Source: an uncultured Thermoleophilia bacterium
GTDB lineage: Bacteria; Actinomycetota; Thermoleophilia; UBA2241
Direction: 5' to 3'
DNA: 64,000 bases
Assembly: GCA_963715985.1 (NCBI GenBank)
Contig: CAVQSP010000013.1
Location: 1 to 64,000, forward strand
Part shown: positions 31,502 to 41,417 of the stretch, in pieces
Position numbering within the stretch: the stretch's first letter is position 1
Layout of the letters: each line of letters starts with the position of its first letter
The notes under the pieces: generated by a model
The model's database searches: none
What the model was told of the DNA's origin: nothing
The model's input: only the letters and a program-made list of their open reading frames with translations
Position numbers and translations under genes: made by a program

Positions 31502-33120
31502 ACGGCGGCGTTCCGCAGTGGCCGGTGGGCGAGGGATTCTGGCTCCCGCAGGGGTTGCGCGAGCGCATCCTCCGCGACGCGGACTGGGAGACCGTCGAGC
31601 TTCGAGGAGGGGCTCTCTCCGCTGCGGGAGCGGGCGGGACGGGCGCCGGCGCTCCCGAGGGGAACGGAGCCGTGGCTGTCCGCTGGCCGCGACTGAACGC
31701 GACGCAGTTGGGCGCGCTGCTTGCCGGACTGCAGGCTGCCCGCCGCATCGGCGGCGCCGAGGCGGCGGGCCGCTGGGAGGCGGCGCTCGGAGGGATCGCC
31801 GCCGGCCTTGCGGCCGAGCTGCCCGCCCGTCTCCCGCTGCTCGCGGCCGCCACCGGCTACACGCCGGAGATGCTCGCCGCGGCGCTCGCCGGCGGCGATC
31901 TGGTGGACCCGCGCTCGCTCACGGCGGCCATGGACTTCCTGCCCACTTGGGAGGCCGCCTCCACATGGGTGAAGCACCCGCTGCTGGGAGGCCGCGTGCG
32001 CTTCTACCCGGCCGGCCTTCGGGGGCGGGCTGGGGCCGCGCGGCGCCGGGACGCGGCCCTCTTCCGCGCGGCCCCGCCGGTCGACCTCACGCTGGGCTTC
32101 GCGGCCGGCAACGTGCCCGGGACGGCGCTGATCATGGCTCTCATGGGCAGCCTGGCCGGTCACGCGGCCGGCGGTACTGCGCGGGCCCCTGCTGTGCTGG
32201 TGCGCAACAGCCGGCACGAGCCGCTCTTCACGCCCTGGGTGCTCTCAGCCGTGGAGCGCGTGGACCCCGATCTCGTGGCGGCCGTCGCGGTGATGGTCTG
32301 GGACTTCGGCGATGCGTCGCTGCAGCGACTCCTCCTGCGCGCCGCGGGCCTCATGATGGCGGCGGCCGACGACGGCACCATCGCTGCCCTCGAGGAGCGG
32401 CGCAGGCGCGAGGCGCCACGGCTCCGCTTCCACCGCCACGGGCACAAGGTGAGTTTCGCGACGCTCGGCGCCGACTGGGTCTCGCGGGCCGAGGCCCCTC
32501 GCCTGGCGGCGCTCGATTCCTGCTTCTGGGACCAGAACGGCTGTCTGTCGGCGCGGGTGCACTTCGTGGAGGGGGACGCCGCCTCCTACGCGGAGGCGCT
32601 CGCCGGGGAGATGCGGGGCTTGAGCGACGACCTGCCGCGCGGCACGACCCCGCGGCGCTGGGCTCATCGGGCGTTCGACACGTACGCCGCGCTGGCCGCT
32701 GGAGGAGACGTGCGCCTCTTCTCCACCTACGGCGACGACTTCGTCGTCGCCCTCGACGGGCGCGCCTGGCGTCCCGACCTGCTGCACCGCGCCGTCAACG
32801 CCTGTCAAGGACGGGTCGTCGTGGTGCGGCCGGTCCGGGACGTGATGGACGTGCCGCATCTTCTGCACGCCCTGCCGCCCGCCAACCTGCAGTCGATGAG
32901 CCTGCTGCTCGACGAGCCGCGTGTCGAGCCCTTCGCCCAGGCGGTCGGCTCCTGCGGCGTGACGGCCCTGCGCGGCCTGGGGCGCGGCGCGTTCCCCCAG
33001 CTCGCCTGGTCATGGGACGGCCTGCTCCCGGCGGATGCGTGCTGCGTGCGTCCTCCGGGGTACTTCACCACCATCGAGCCTCATCGTCCGGCAAGCCAGT
33101 CACCTGGGGGTAGGGAATGA
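31498..33120 (+). CDS. LuxC-like acyl-CoA reductase
   Basis: AGNVPG, HGHKVSF and DSCFWDQNGCLS (catalytic Cys motif); GTGA coupling to luxE-like gene. Confidence 0.85.
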   Translation: MNGGVPQWPVGEGFWLPQGLRERILRDADWETVELRGGALSAAGAGGTGAGAPEGNGAVAVRWPRLNATQLGALLAGLQAARRIGGAEAAGRWEAALGGIAAGLAAELPARLPLLAAATGYTPEMLAAALAGGDLVDPRSLTAAMDFLPTWEAASTWVKHPLLGGRVRFYPAGLRGRAGAARRRDAALFRAAPPVDLTLGFAAGNVPGTALIMALMGSLAGHAAGGTARAPAVLVRNSRHEPLFTPWVLSAVERVDPDLVAAVAVMVWDFGDASLQRLLLRAAGLMMAAADDGTIAALEERRRREAPRLRFHRHGHKVSFATLGADWVSRAEAPRLAALDSCFWDQNGCLSARVHFVEGDAASYAEALAGEMRGLSDDLPRGTTPRRWAHRAFDTYAALAAGGDVRLFSTYGDDFVVALDGRAWRPDLLHRAVNACQGRVVVVRPVRDVMDVPHLLHALPPANLQSMSLLLDEPRVEPFAQAVGSCGVTALRGLGRGAFPQLAWSWDGLLPADACCVRPPGYFTTIEPHRPASQSPGGRE

Positions 33121-33608
33121 GACGCATACACGTAGACGCGATCGGCCTGGCCTGTGTGGTGATGCTGGCAGTCCTCCTGTCGGCGCTCGCAGGCTGCGGC
33201 TCGGGGAGCTCGTCCTCCGGGTCGCCGGCCGGCACGCCGGCCGCATCCGCGTCTCCATCGGCGGCGTACTCCGGCGCCCCGATATCCGAGGCCGAGGCAC
33301 AGGCCGTGCGCGACAGGGCGCTCGGCTACTGGGCCGCGTACAACGCCTACGACGCGGACAAGGCCATCGCGTACCTCGCCGACACCATCAAGTCCGCCAA
33401 GGCGGAGGTGATCCGCAGCGAGGTGGGCCGCATCAAGACCTTCGGCGTCCAGCTCGGGGTGAGCCAGAAGACGCCGCCCGAGCTCATCGGCCAGGACCAG
33501 GCGCAGATGTATCTGAAGATGAAGACGCCCACGGGGATGCGCACGGTGCTGATGAAGTTCGCCAAGCAGGGCGGCGTCTGGATGGTGACGTACTCCGAAG
33601 AGATCTAG
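33117..33608 (+). CDS. Putative lipoprotein
   Basis: Lipobox LAGC after a hydrophobic stretch; Ser-rich linker; ATGA overlap with luxC-like gene. Confidence 0.75.
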   Translation: MRRIHVDAIGLACVVMLAVLLSALAGCGSGSSSSGSPAGTPAASASPSAAYSGAPISEAEAQAVRDRALGYWAAYNAYDADKAIAYLADTIKSAKAEVIRSEVGRIKTFGVQLGVSQKTPPELIGQDQAQMYLKMKTPTGMRTVLMKFAKQGGVWMVTYSEEI

Positions 33609-33649
33609 GAGCGCGGCACAGACAGGCGCGGTCCTCGGGCCCCCTCCGG

Positions 33650-34701
33650 CTACGCCGCGCCGCGCCGCAGCACCACCCGCACCAGTACGCAGGCCAGGGC
33701 CGCCGCGACGGCGGCGATGAGCACGCTCCACGCCCAGCCGCGGAGGCTCGTCGTCATCACGTCGAAGACGGCGGCGGAAGCAGCCTTCGGGATGTGCGAC
33801 TTCGCGGCGGCGTCCAGGTAGCGTGCCCGCGCCGCCCACAGCCCGACCTGGAGCCCGGCCATGGCCAGCGCCAGCCCAGCACCCACGTAGACCCCCGCCC
33901 GCAGGCGGTCGCGCGCCGCCACCACGCCGGCGGCGAAGGCGGCCACGGCCACGAGCACCAGCGCCAGATAGGCGCGGTCGAGGGCGAGGATGACCCGGCC
34001 GGCCTGGGCCAGCGGCAGCGAGTCGAGCAGCGGCACCTTGCCCGTGCGGAGGGCCTCCGGCAAGGGGTCGGGCAGCGAAACGCCGGCGCCCGCCAGCAGG
34101 TCGGTGATGGCGGTCGTGACCGCCGAGAGGTCCAGGCCGACCGGAGCGGTGTCTTTGCCGTGGCCGCTCTTGCTCTCGATGGCGTCGATGAGCAGCGGGT
34201 GGACTCGCCGGTTGGCCTCGGCCCAGAACCCGGCGAACGCCTCGCTCGCAAGCGCCTGCTTCGTGAACTTGCGCGTCAGGTCCTCGAGCGGGAGGACGTC
34301 GCCGAGCTCGCCGGCGATGGAGCCGAGCTCCTCGGGGAGCGGCGACACGGAGCTCCCCGCCGCCTTCAGGCCCTTGGCGATCTGCGCGGCCAGCACGTCG
34401 GCGATGGCGTCCTGCACGGCGGGTTCGCGAGCCACCGGCGCGATCGTCGCCACGTAGCCGTCCACATCCATGAGGTCGGTGTGCACGTAGAAGCCGGCCA
34501 GCGCCAGGGGCGCGGCGATACAGCCGACGACGATGAGGGCGATGGAGAGCGGGCGCCGCCAGCCGGCTGTGCGTCGTGACGGCGCCCCGCCGACGTCCGG
34601 CGCTCTGGCGCCGGCCCACGGGGGCGCCGGGGGCACCGGGTCGTAGGAGCCGGAGCGGCCGTAAGGATCCTGCGCCGGCCCCGCGCCCGCCGCCACCACA
34701 C
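33650..34701 (-). CDS. Hypothetical integral membrane protein (start uncertain)
   Basis: Part of ORF 33650-34882; TM helix, YVATIAPVAREPAVQ, FAGFWAEANRRVH and three C-terminal TM helices. Confidence 0.7.
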
Positions 34702-34751
34702 CGTGACCCCTCTGCCCGTCCGTTCCCACGCTGCCTCCCGGGACGACGCTT

Positions 34752-37640
34752 GTGGTGTTTATCGTACTCGCCTTGTTGACACTAGTGATGCAGCGAGTCA
34801 CTGTGCGGGCAACGCATGAGGCGCCGACCACTGCGGGGGGTGGGCTGGTGTTCGGGTCCTTCACCATCGAGAGCCTCGACAAGACCGAGGAGTACCCGGT
34901 CGCTCAGGCTCGTATCGACGTCGGCCGCGGCGCCGACAACGACCTCACGCTGCCCTTCCCCACCGTCTCCACCCACCACGCGCGTCTGCTCGCCGACTCG
35001 TCGGGCTGCCGCATCCTCGACCTGGGCAGCGCCAACGGCACCTTCGTGAACGGCGACGAGTTGCCGGTCAAGGAGGAACGGGCGCTGCGCGAGGGCGACG
35101 TGGTGCAGATCGGACCCTTCACGCTCCGCTATCACGCGGTGACCGGCCCCGCGGGCGCCGCCGGGCCGACGCTCAGGCCCGGCCACACCGTCGTCCTCCC
35201 GCACGGCCTGCCGCCGCGCCTGACCGTGCGCACGCCGGACGGCTCGCGAGAGTTCCCGCTGGAGAAGGCCACGCTCACCCTGGGGCGCGACCCCGACAAC
35301 GACATCGTCGTGCCGGCGGAGGCGGTGTCGCGTCACCACGCGGCGCTCGAGCGCCGCGCAGGCGGCTTCGTCATCAAGGACCTGGGCAGCACCAACGGCC
35401 TCAGCGTCGACGGCCGCCTCGTACAGGAGAGGCAGCTCGAGCCCGGCGACAGCGTGGCGATCGGCAAGAGCGTCACGCTGACCTTCGTGGCGGGGGAGGA
35501 TTACGCCGCCGAGCTGCTGGGCGCGGCCGCCGGCCCGCCGGCGCCGGCGGTCCTGGATGTGCCCGAGGGCCAGGCGGTGAGCCTGGGTCGCGGCGCCGAG
35601 ACGAGCGTGCACCTCGTCCACCCGCAGGTGTCCGCGCTGCACGCCCAGGTGCGGCGCCGCGAGGGCCAGTACGTCATCCAGGACATGGGCAGCAGCGCCG
35701 GCACTTTCGTCAACGGCCAGCAGGTCGGCGAGCGGGAGCTGCACGAGGGCGACGTCGTCCGCATCGGGCCCAACCAGCTGGTCCTCAAGGACGGTCGCCT
35801 GCAGCTGATGAGCGAAGAAGGCCGCCTGCGCCTGGACGCCTTCCACCTCGGCAAGACGGTCGGCAAGGAGAAGAAGAAGATCCTGCGCGACGTCTCGCTC
35901 TCCATCAAGCCGCAGGAGTTCATCGCCGTGGTGGGCGGCAGCGGCGCCGGCAAGTCGACGCTGGTCACGGCCCTGTGCGGCTTCAAGCCGGCCACAGAGG
36001 GCGCGGTGCTGCTCAACAGCGTCGACCTGTACCGTAACTTCGACGCCTACCGCAACGAGATGGGCTACGTGCCGCAGGACGACATCATCCACGTCGACCT
36101 CACGGTCTACAAGGCCTTGGACTACGCGGCCCAGCTGCGCATGCCCGCCGACACCACGGCGACGGAGCGAGAGCAGCGCGTGCGCGAGGTCATCGACGAG
36201 CTCGACCTCAAGAGCGCCGCCGACACCACGATCCGCCAGCTCAGCGGCGGTCAGCGCAAGCGGGCCTCCATCGGCGTGGAGCTGCTCACGCGGCCGAGCC
36301 TCTTCTTCCTCGACGAGGCCACGTCGGGTCTGGATCCGGCCACCGAGAGCCAGATGATGAAGCTGCTGCGCAAGCTCGCCGACCAGGGGCGCACCATCGT
36401 CCTCATCACGCACGCCACCAAGAACGTGATGGTGTGCGACAAGGTGTGCTTCCTCGTGCGCGGCGGCCTGCTCGCCTTCTACGGGCCTCCCGAGGAAGCG
36501 CTGGGCTACTTCGGCGTCCAGGACTTCGACGAGATCTACGAGAAGCTCGAGAGCGGCGGCACCCCGGAGGAATGGGCGCAGCGATATCTCGCCTCGCCGC
36601 AGATCCAGGAGTACGTGGTGAAGCCGCTCACCGAGGTCGCCCAGTCGTGGACCGGCGGCAACGGCGGCGGCAACGGCGCCGGCGCCGGCCGCGGGACCCC
36701 GGCTCCCGGCGTGGCGGCCCCGGGCGGCTCCGCGGCGTCCGGCGCCAAGGTGGGCAGCACGTCCGGCTGGAGCCAGTTCCGCATCCTCTCCAGCCGGTAC
36801 CTGCACATCATCATGCGAGACAAGAAGACCCTGATCCTGCTGCTGGCGATCGCGCCGGTGCTGTCGGCGATGGACTTCGTCACCTGGAAGCGCGATCTGT
36901 TCGACCCCGTGACCGGCAGCGCCACCAAGGTGGTCACCATGCTGTTCATGGCCTGCCTGGTCGGCGTTCTCGTCGGGACCATCACCTCGGTGCGCGAGAT
37001 CGTCAAGGAGGACGCCATCTATCGCCGCGAGCGCATGGTGTGCGTCAAGGTCTTCCCCTATGTGGCCTCCAAGATCGCCGTGGGGTCTATCTTCGCTCTC
37101 TACAGCGCCTTCATCCTCTTCCTCTCCAAGGTCCTCGCCGTGGACTTCAGCCACCTGAGCCCCGCGGGGTACGCGGCGCTGCTCTTCACCTTCATCCTGT
37201 GCACGTTCGCGGGTCTGATGTGGGGGCTGCTGGTGTCCGCGGTGGCGCCGACTGAGGACAGGGCCATGTTGCTGGTCATCCTCGTGCTGGTGCCTCAGTT
37301 CATCTTCTCTGGCGGCATGCTGCCCGTCGCCGACCTGGGTGTCGCGGGCAAGTTCATCGGGGTGCTCACGTCGACGCGCTGGGGCCTCGGCGCAATGGCG
37401 ACCGTGGCCGAGATCAAGACCGGGGCGGGCAAGGCGGCGGACGTGTCGGACGTCAGCCTGCCGGGCATCAAGGGTCTCGAGACGGTGGGCGAGAAGGTGG
37501 CCATGGTGAGGAATCTCGACAGCCAGTACGGCGCCATCTTCCACGTCAACGTGGGCTTCTACTGGCTCATGTCACTGGTGCTCATCGTCGGCCTGGCGGG
37601 CATCATCTACGTACTGCAGAAGCGCAAGGACACGCTCTGA
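34752..37640 (+). CDS. ABC exporter with three FHA domains + ATPase + permease (Rv1747-like; start uncertain)
   Basis: Three GR..S..H..D..S.NG/AG FHA patterns; GGSGAGKST, LSGGQ, FLDE; C-terminal TM domain. Confidence 0.93.
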   Translation: MVFIVLALLTLVMQRVTVRATHEAPTTAGGGLVFGSFTIESLDKTEEYPVAQARIDVGRGADNDLTLPFPTVSTHHARLLADSSGCRILDLGSANGTFVNGDELPVKEERALREGDVVQIGPFTLRYHAVTGPAGAAGPTLRPGHTVVLPHGLPPRLTVRTPDGSREFPLEKATLTLGRDPDNDIVVPAEAVSRHHAALERRAGGFVIKDLGSTNGLSVDGRLVQERQLEPGDSVAIGKSVTLTFVAGEDYAAELLGAAAGPPAPAVLDVPEGQAVSLGRGAETSVHLVHPQVSALHAQVRRREGQYVIQDMGSSAGTFVNGQQVGERELHEGDVVRIGPNQLVLKDGRLQLMSEEGRLRLDAFHLGKTVGKEKKKILRDVSLSIKPQEFIAVVGGSGAGKSTLVTALCGFKPATEGAVLLNSVDLYRNFDAYRNEMGYVPQDDIIHVDLTVYKALDYAAQLRMPADTTATEREQRVREVIDELDLKSAADTTIRQLSGGQRKRASIGVELLTRPSLFFLDEATSGLDPATESQMMKLLRKLADQGRTIVLITHATKNVMVCDKVCFLVRGGLLAFYGPPEEALGYFGVQDFDEIYEKLESGGTPEEWAQRYLASPQIQEYVVKPLTEVAQSWTGGNGGGNGAGAGRGTPAPGVAAPGGSAASGAKVGSTSGWSQFRILSSRYLHIIMRDKKTLILLLAIAPVLSAMDFVTWKRDLFDPVTGSATKVVTMLFMACLVGVLVGTITSVREIVKEDAIYRRERMVCVKVFPYVASKIAVGSIFALYSAFILFLSKVLAVDFSHLSPAGYAALLFTFILCTFAGLMWGLLVSAVAPTEDRAMLLVILVLVPQFIFSGGMLPVADLGVAGKFIGVLTSTRWGLGAMATVAEIKTGAGKAADVSDVSLPGIKGLETVGEKVAMVRNLDSQYGAIFHVNVGFYWLMSLVLIVGLAGIIYVLQKRKDTL

Positions 37641-37738
37641 CACGCCCTTGTCTTTCCTCACCCGTGCGAGACAATGGGGCTCAGGAGGGGGCACGGACGT
37701 GACCACCGGCGGCCGTCCGTAGCCGGAAGGGACGAGGG

Positions 37739-40132
37739 GTGGATCGCGAAGACGAACTCATCGGTCGTTCTCTGGGGCGCTACAAGATCACCGCCCTGGT
37801 GGGCAAGGGCGGCATGGCCACCGTGTACAAGGCCACCCACCCCGGGCTGGGGCAGACCGTGGCCATCAAGGTCATGCACCCGCATATGGCCACCGACCCC
37901 GACATGCTGGGGCGCTTCCACAACGAGGCGCAGGCCGTCGCCAACCTCCGCCACCCCAACATCGTGCGCGTGCTCGACTTCGACGTGGTCGATGACCAGT
38001 ACTTCATGGTCATGGAGTACGTCGACGGCCCCACCCTCGCGGCTCAGCTCGGCGGCCTCGCGGGACAGGGGCGGCGCATGCCGCCCGATGAGGTCATCCG
38101 CATCTTCGACCCGCTGTGCTCCGCCGTGGACTATGCCCACAAGCAGGGCATGATCCACCGCGACATCAAGCCGTCCAACGTCCTCATGACGCCCCAGGGC
38201 GACCCGGTCCTCACCGACTACGGCATCGCCAAGATGGTCGGCGTCACCCAGCACACCGCCACCGGCACGGTGATGGGTTCCGCCTACTACATGTCGCCTG
38301 AGCAGGCGCAGGGCAGCGGCATGGACGGCCGCACGGACATCTACTCGCTCGGCGTCATGCTCTTCGAGATGCTCACGGGCCGCGTGCCGTACGACGGCGA
38401 CACGCTGGCCACGGTGCTGGTCAAGCACATCACTTCGCCGGTGCCGGCGGTGCGCTCCTTCAACGCCGATCTGCCGCCGCTGCTGGACGACGTGATGAAC
38501 GTGGCGCTGGCCAAAGACCCGGGGCAGCGCTTCCAGACGGGGCAGGCCCTGGCCGTCGCCCTGCGCCAGGGCCTCTCGCCTTCTGCGGGGGCCGCGGCCG
38601 GCGAGACGCGGCTGGAGCGCGGGCCCGGCGCTGCGCCCGTGCACGCGTACACACGCGTGGAGCCGGCGGCGCCCGGCGTGACCGGAGATCATGCTGCGGC
38701 GCGAACGGCCCAGCGCGACGTGTTCGTCAGCTATGCGGAACGCGACAAGGCCGCGGCCGACGCCGTGGTCACGCGGCTCGAGGCTGAGCGCTTCAGCTGC
38801 TGGATCGCGCCGCGCGACGTGCTGCCCGGGCGGAGCTTCGCGCAGTCCCTGGGCAGCGCCATCCACGCGGCGCGTGTCTTCGTGCTCGTCTTCTCCGAGG
38901 CCACCAACCAGTCGCACCAGGTCGAACGTGAGCTGGACATGGCCATCTCCTCCGGCCTGCCCATCATCCCACTGCGCGTCGAGGCCGTACGGCCGCGCGA
39001 GTCCATCGAGTACTACCTCGCCGGCCAGCACTGGCTGGACGCCTACACGCCCCCGCTCGACCAGCATCTGGGGCGTCTCGCCGAGGCGGTCTCGACGATC
39101 CTGCTGCAGGCGCCCGCGCCTGCCGCCGCGCACGATTCCACGGCCTACGAGGCGCCTGTCGCTGCGGCGCCCGTGGCAGCGGCGGCAGTGGCGGAGGCCA
39201 CCACCCTGGAGCCCTCACCCGTCGAGCCCGCGCCGGAGCCTGCGGCAGCCCCCGCCGCCACGACCCTCGAGCCGGCGGCGGACGCCGCCGCCGCCGTTGC
39301 AGTGGCCGCTGGGGCCGCCGCGGCCACGTCGTTCGAGCCGCCGCCCGCGACAGCCGAGGTGGTCGAGGTCGAGCCGGTCGCGGAGGCCGAAGCGGTCGCG
39401 GAGCCCGAACCGGTCGCCGAGGCCGAGCCGGTCGAAGAACCGGCACCGGAGCCGGAGGCAGAGGCCGCGCCCGCGGTCGAACCGGAGCTTGTCGCCGAGC
39501 CCGGGGCAGAGCCGATCGTCGAGACCGAGCCGGAACCGGCCGCGGAGTCTACGCCAGAAGTCATCGCGGCCGAACCGGTACCACTTGTCGTGCCCGAGCC
39601 GGCTCCGGTGGTCCCGGAGCCTGAGCCCGAGCCAGTCGCCGAGGAGCCCGAACCCGCCGCAGCTGAGCCGGAGCCGGAGCCGGCTGTCTCCGAGCCCGGA
39701 CCGGAGCTCGCCGCGGAGGTTGCGGCGGCCGCGGTGGTGGCGGAAGTCGTGACGTCCGAGGCCCCGGCGGCGACCACCTACGAGGTCCCGGAGCCTGAGC
39801 CCGCAGCAGCGGCAGCCACGGCCTTTGAGGCGGCCGAGGCGCCCGCCGCCGCGGCGACCACCTACGAGACTCCCGAACCTGCTGCAGCGGCGCCCACGAC
39901 CTACGAGAGGCCGGCGGCGGCTGCGACCGCCTACGAGGCGGCGGCGTCGGCAGGGGTCGCCGCCGCCGGGATGCCGGTGCAGCCCGTCGCGGTGCCCACC
40001 CCCGACACGCGCGCCAGAGCCGCCGCGGAGTTCCCCAAGCCGGCGTTCCACCGGCGCGCCATGGTCCTCGCCGGCGTGGTGGGGGTCGCCTGGATCGTGA
40101 TCCTGTTCGTGCTCGACCGGCTCGTCCTCTGA
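37739..40132 (+). CDS. Hanks-type Ser/Thr kinase fused to TIR domain, Pro/Glu/Ala-rich linker and C-terminal TM
   Basis: GKGGMATVY, VAIKV, HRDIKPSN, TDYGIAK, YMSPEQ; TIR DVFVSYA..CWIAPRDV..VERELDMA. Confidence 0.92.
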   Translation: MDREDELIGRSLGRYKITALVGKGGMATVYKATHPGLGQTVAIKVMHPHMATDPDMLGRFHNEAQAVANLRHPNIVRVLDFDVVDDQYFMVMEYVDGPTLAAQLGGLAGQGRRMPPDEVIRIFDPLCSAVDYAHKQGMIHRDIKPSNVLMTPQGDPVLTDYGIAKMVGVTQHTATGTVMGSAYYMSPEQAQGSGMDGRTDIYSLGVMLFEMLTGRVPYDGDTLATVLVKHITSPVPAVRSFNADLPPLLDDVMNVALAKDPGQRFQTGQALAVALRQGLSPSAGAAAGETRLERGPGAAPVHAYTRVEPAAPGVTGDHAAARTAQRDVFVSYAERDKAAADAVVTRLEAERFSCWIAPRDVLPGRSFAQSLGSAIHAARVFVLVFSEATNQSHQVERELDMAISSGLPIIPLRVEAVRPRESIEYYLAGQHWLDAYTPPLDQHLGRLAEAVSTILLQAPAPAAAHDSTAYEAPVAAAPVAAAAVAEATTLEPSPVEPAPEPAAAPAATTLEPAADAAAAVAVAAGAAAATSFEPPPATAEVVEVEPVAEAEAVAEPEPVAEAEPVEEPAPEPEAEAAPAVEPELVAEPGAEPIVETEPEPAAESTPEVIAAEPVPLVVPEPAPVVPEPEPEPVAEEPEPAAAEPEPEPAVSEPGPELAAEVAAAAVVAEVVTSEAPAATTYEVPEPEPAAAAATAFEAAEAPAAAATTYETPEPAAAAPTTYERPAAAATAYEAAASAGVAAAGMPVQPVAVPTPDTRARAAAEFPKPAFHRRAMVLAGVVGVAWIVILFVLDRLVL

Positions 40133-40156
40133 GCGCCGACCGACTCGCCCCCTGAC

Positions 40157-41416
40157 TCAGGCGGTCCTCGCGGCGCTGCGGCCCAGGGATGGGGCAGCCC
40201 AGGTCACCACTACGACCACGACGTCGATGCCCAGCGTAGCGAGCACATACGTGGTGTTGTCGAGGTTCCCGAAGTACGTCAGGGCGAAGACCGCGGCAGT
40301 GGCGATGCCCACCACTGTGCCGAGGGCGGCCATCGGCAGCGCCAACGGGCCTCGCGGACGCACCGCGGCGGCGCGCATGACGGCGTAGGTCTGGACCGCG
40401 AAGAGCAGGCCGCCTCCGATGAGCACCAGCCAGGAGAGCCAGCCCGTCTCACCGCCGCCACCGCCTCCTCCTCCGCCTCCGCCGCCCATGTCCTGCACGC
40501 GCGTGAGGTTGACGGCGGCGGCCTTGGCCAGTTGGGGGTCGTCCGCCGTCTTCTCGAGGTCCGCTAGGGTCGCCTTCGCGGCCCCAGTGTCGCCCTGCTC
40601 CGCGGAGACGAGTGCGAGCCCCATCTCCGCGTAGTCGTTCTTCACCTGTTCCTTGGATGCGGTGAAGTCGGCCTTGGCGCCCGTCACGTCCCCGTCATCG
40701 AGCTTGACCATGCCGCGCTGGTAGTACGCGGCGGCGAGATTCGTGGCGATGGCGTCGGCGAGATCCTGGTCGGGCTCCTGGCCCGCCGCCTTCTCAAAGG
40801 AGGCGATGCCCTGGTCGTAGTCGCCCTGTGCGCACTGTACACAGCCCAGCGCGACGTCGGTCCCCGCGCCGGGCATCACGGTGAGCGACTTCTCGAAGTC
40901 GGTCTGCGCCTTGGCGTACTCGCCGGCGTCCGCCTCGATGAGGCCGAGGTTGAGGTAGGCGGCGGATTCAACGATCTTGCCGTTGGGCGTCGGTGGTGAG
41001 TCGGTGGCCTTCTGCGTGGGGTCGCGGCCTGTAGCGGGCTCGCCGCTGACGATGTAGCCGGCGCCGATGTTGAGGTCGGCGCCGCGATACTTGGCGTTGA
41101 GGCGCAGCACCTTCTTCAGCAGGGGCTGGGCCTTGTCGAACTGCCCGCTCTCGATGTAGCAGACGGCGAGGTTGTTGAGGGCGTCGGTGTCGGCGGGCTC
41201 GAGCTTGACGGCCTCCTTGAAGAAGGCCGTCGCCTTGACGAGGTCGCCGGCGGCGAGCGCCTCGCAGCCCTTGTTGTACGGGTGAGACGTGGCAGCGGCG
41301 GCCGGGCCCGACAGCGCGATGCACGTCACCGCCGCAAGCAGCGCGAGCACGAGCGCGACAACGGCCACGCGGGTCGCTGCACGATGGGGAAGACCGGCTG
41401 GAAGCAGCGCGCTCAC
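40157..41416 (-). CDS. Exported TPR-repeat protein with three C-terminal TM helices
   Basis: Signal peptide; TPRs (DALNNLAVCY, AYLNLGLIEA, NLAAAYYQRG); poly-Gly linker; starts just after the precursor stop. Confidence 0.85.
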   Translation of the reverse strand: MSALLPAGLPHRAATRVAVVALVLALLAAVTCIALSGPAAAATSHPYNKGCEALAAGDLVKATAFFKEAVKLEPADTDALNNLAVCYIESGQFDKAQPLLKKVLRLNAKYRGADLNIGAGYIVSGEPATGRDPTQKATDSPPTPNGKIVESAAYLNLGLIEADAGEYAKAQTDFEKSLTVMPGAGTDVALGCVQCAQGDYDQGIASFEKAAGQEPDQDLADAIATNLAAAYYQRGMVKLDDGDVTGAKADFTASKEQVKNDYAEMGLALVSAEQGDTGAAKATLADLEKTADDPQLAKAAAVNLTRVQDMGGGGGGGGGGGGETGWLSWLVLIGGGLLFAVQTYAVMRAAAVRPRGPLALPMAALGTVVGIATAAVFALTYFGNLDNTTYVLATLGIDVVVVVVTWAAPSLGRSAARTA

Positions 41417-41417
41417 G

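Noticed and set aside
30107-33120. Bioluminescence operon
   Set aside because: No luxA, luxB, luxD or luxG.
34782-37544. Long antisense ORFs (also 14232-15680, 21116-23086, 53856-55481, 60996-62648)
   Set aside because: Shadow frames of high-GC genes with no recognisable motifs.
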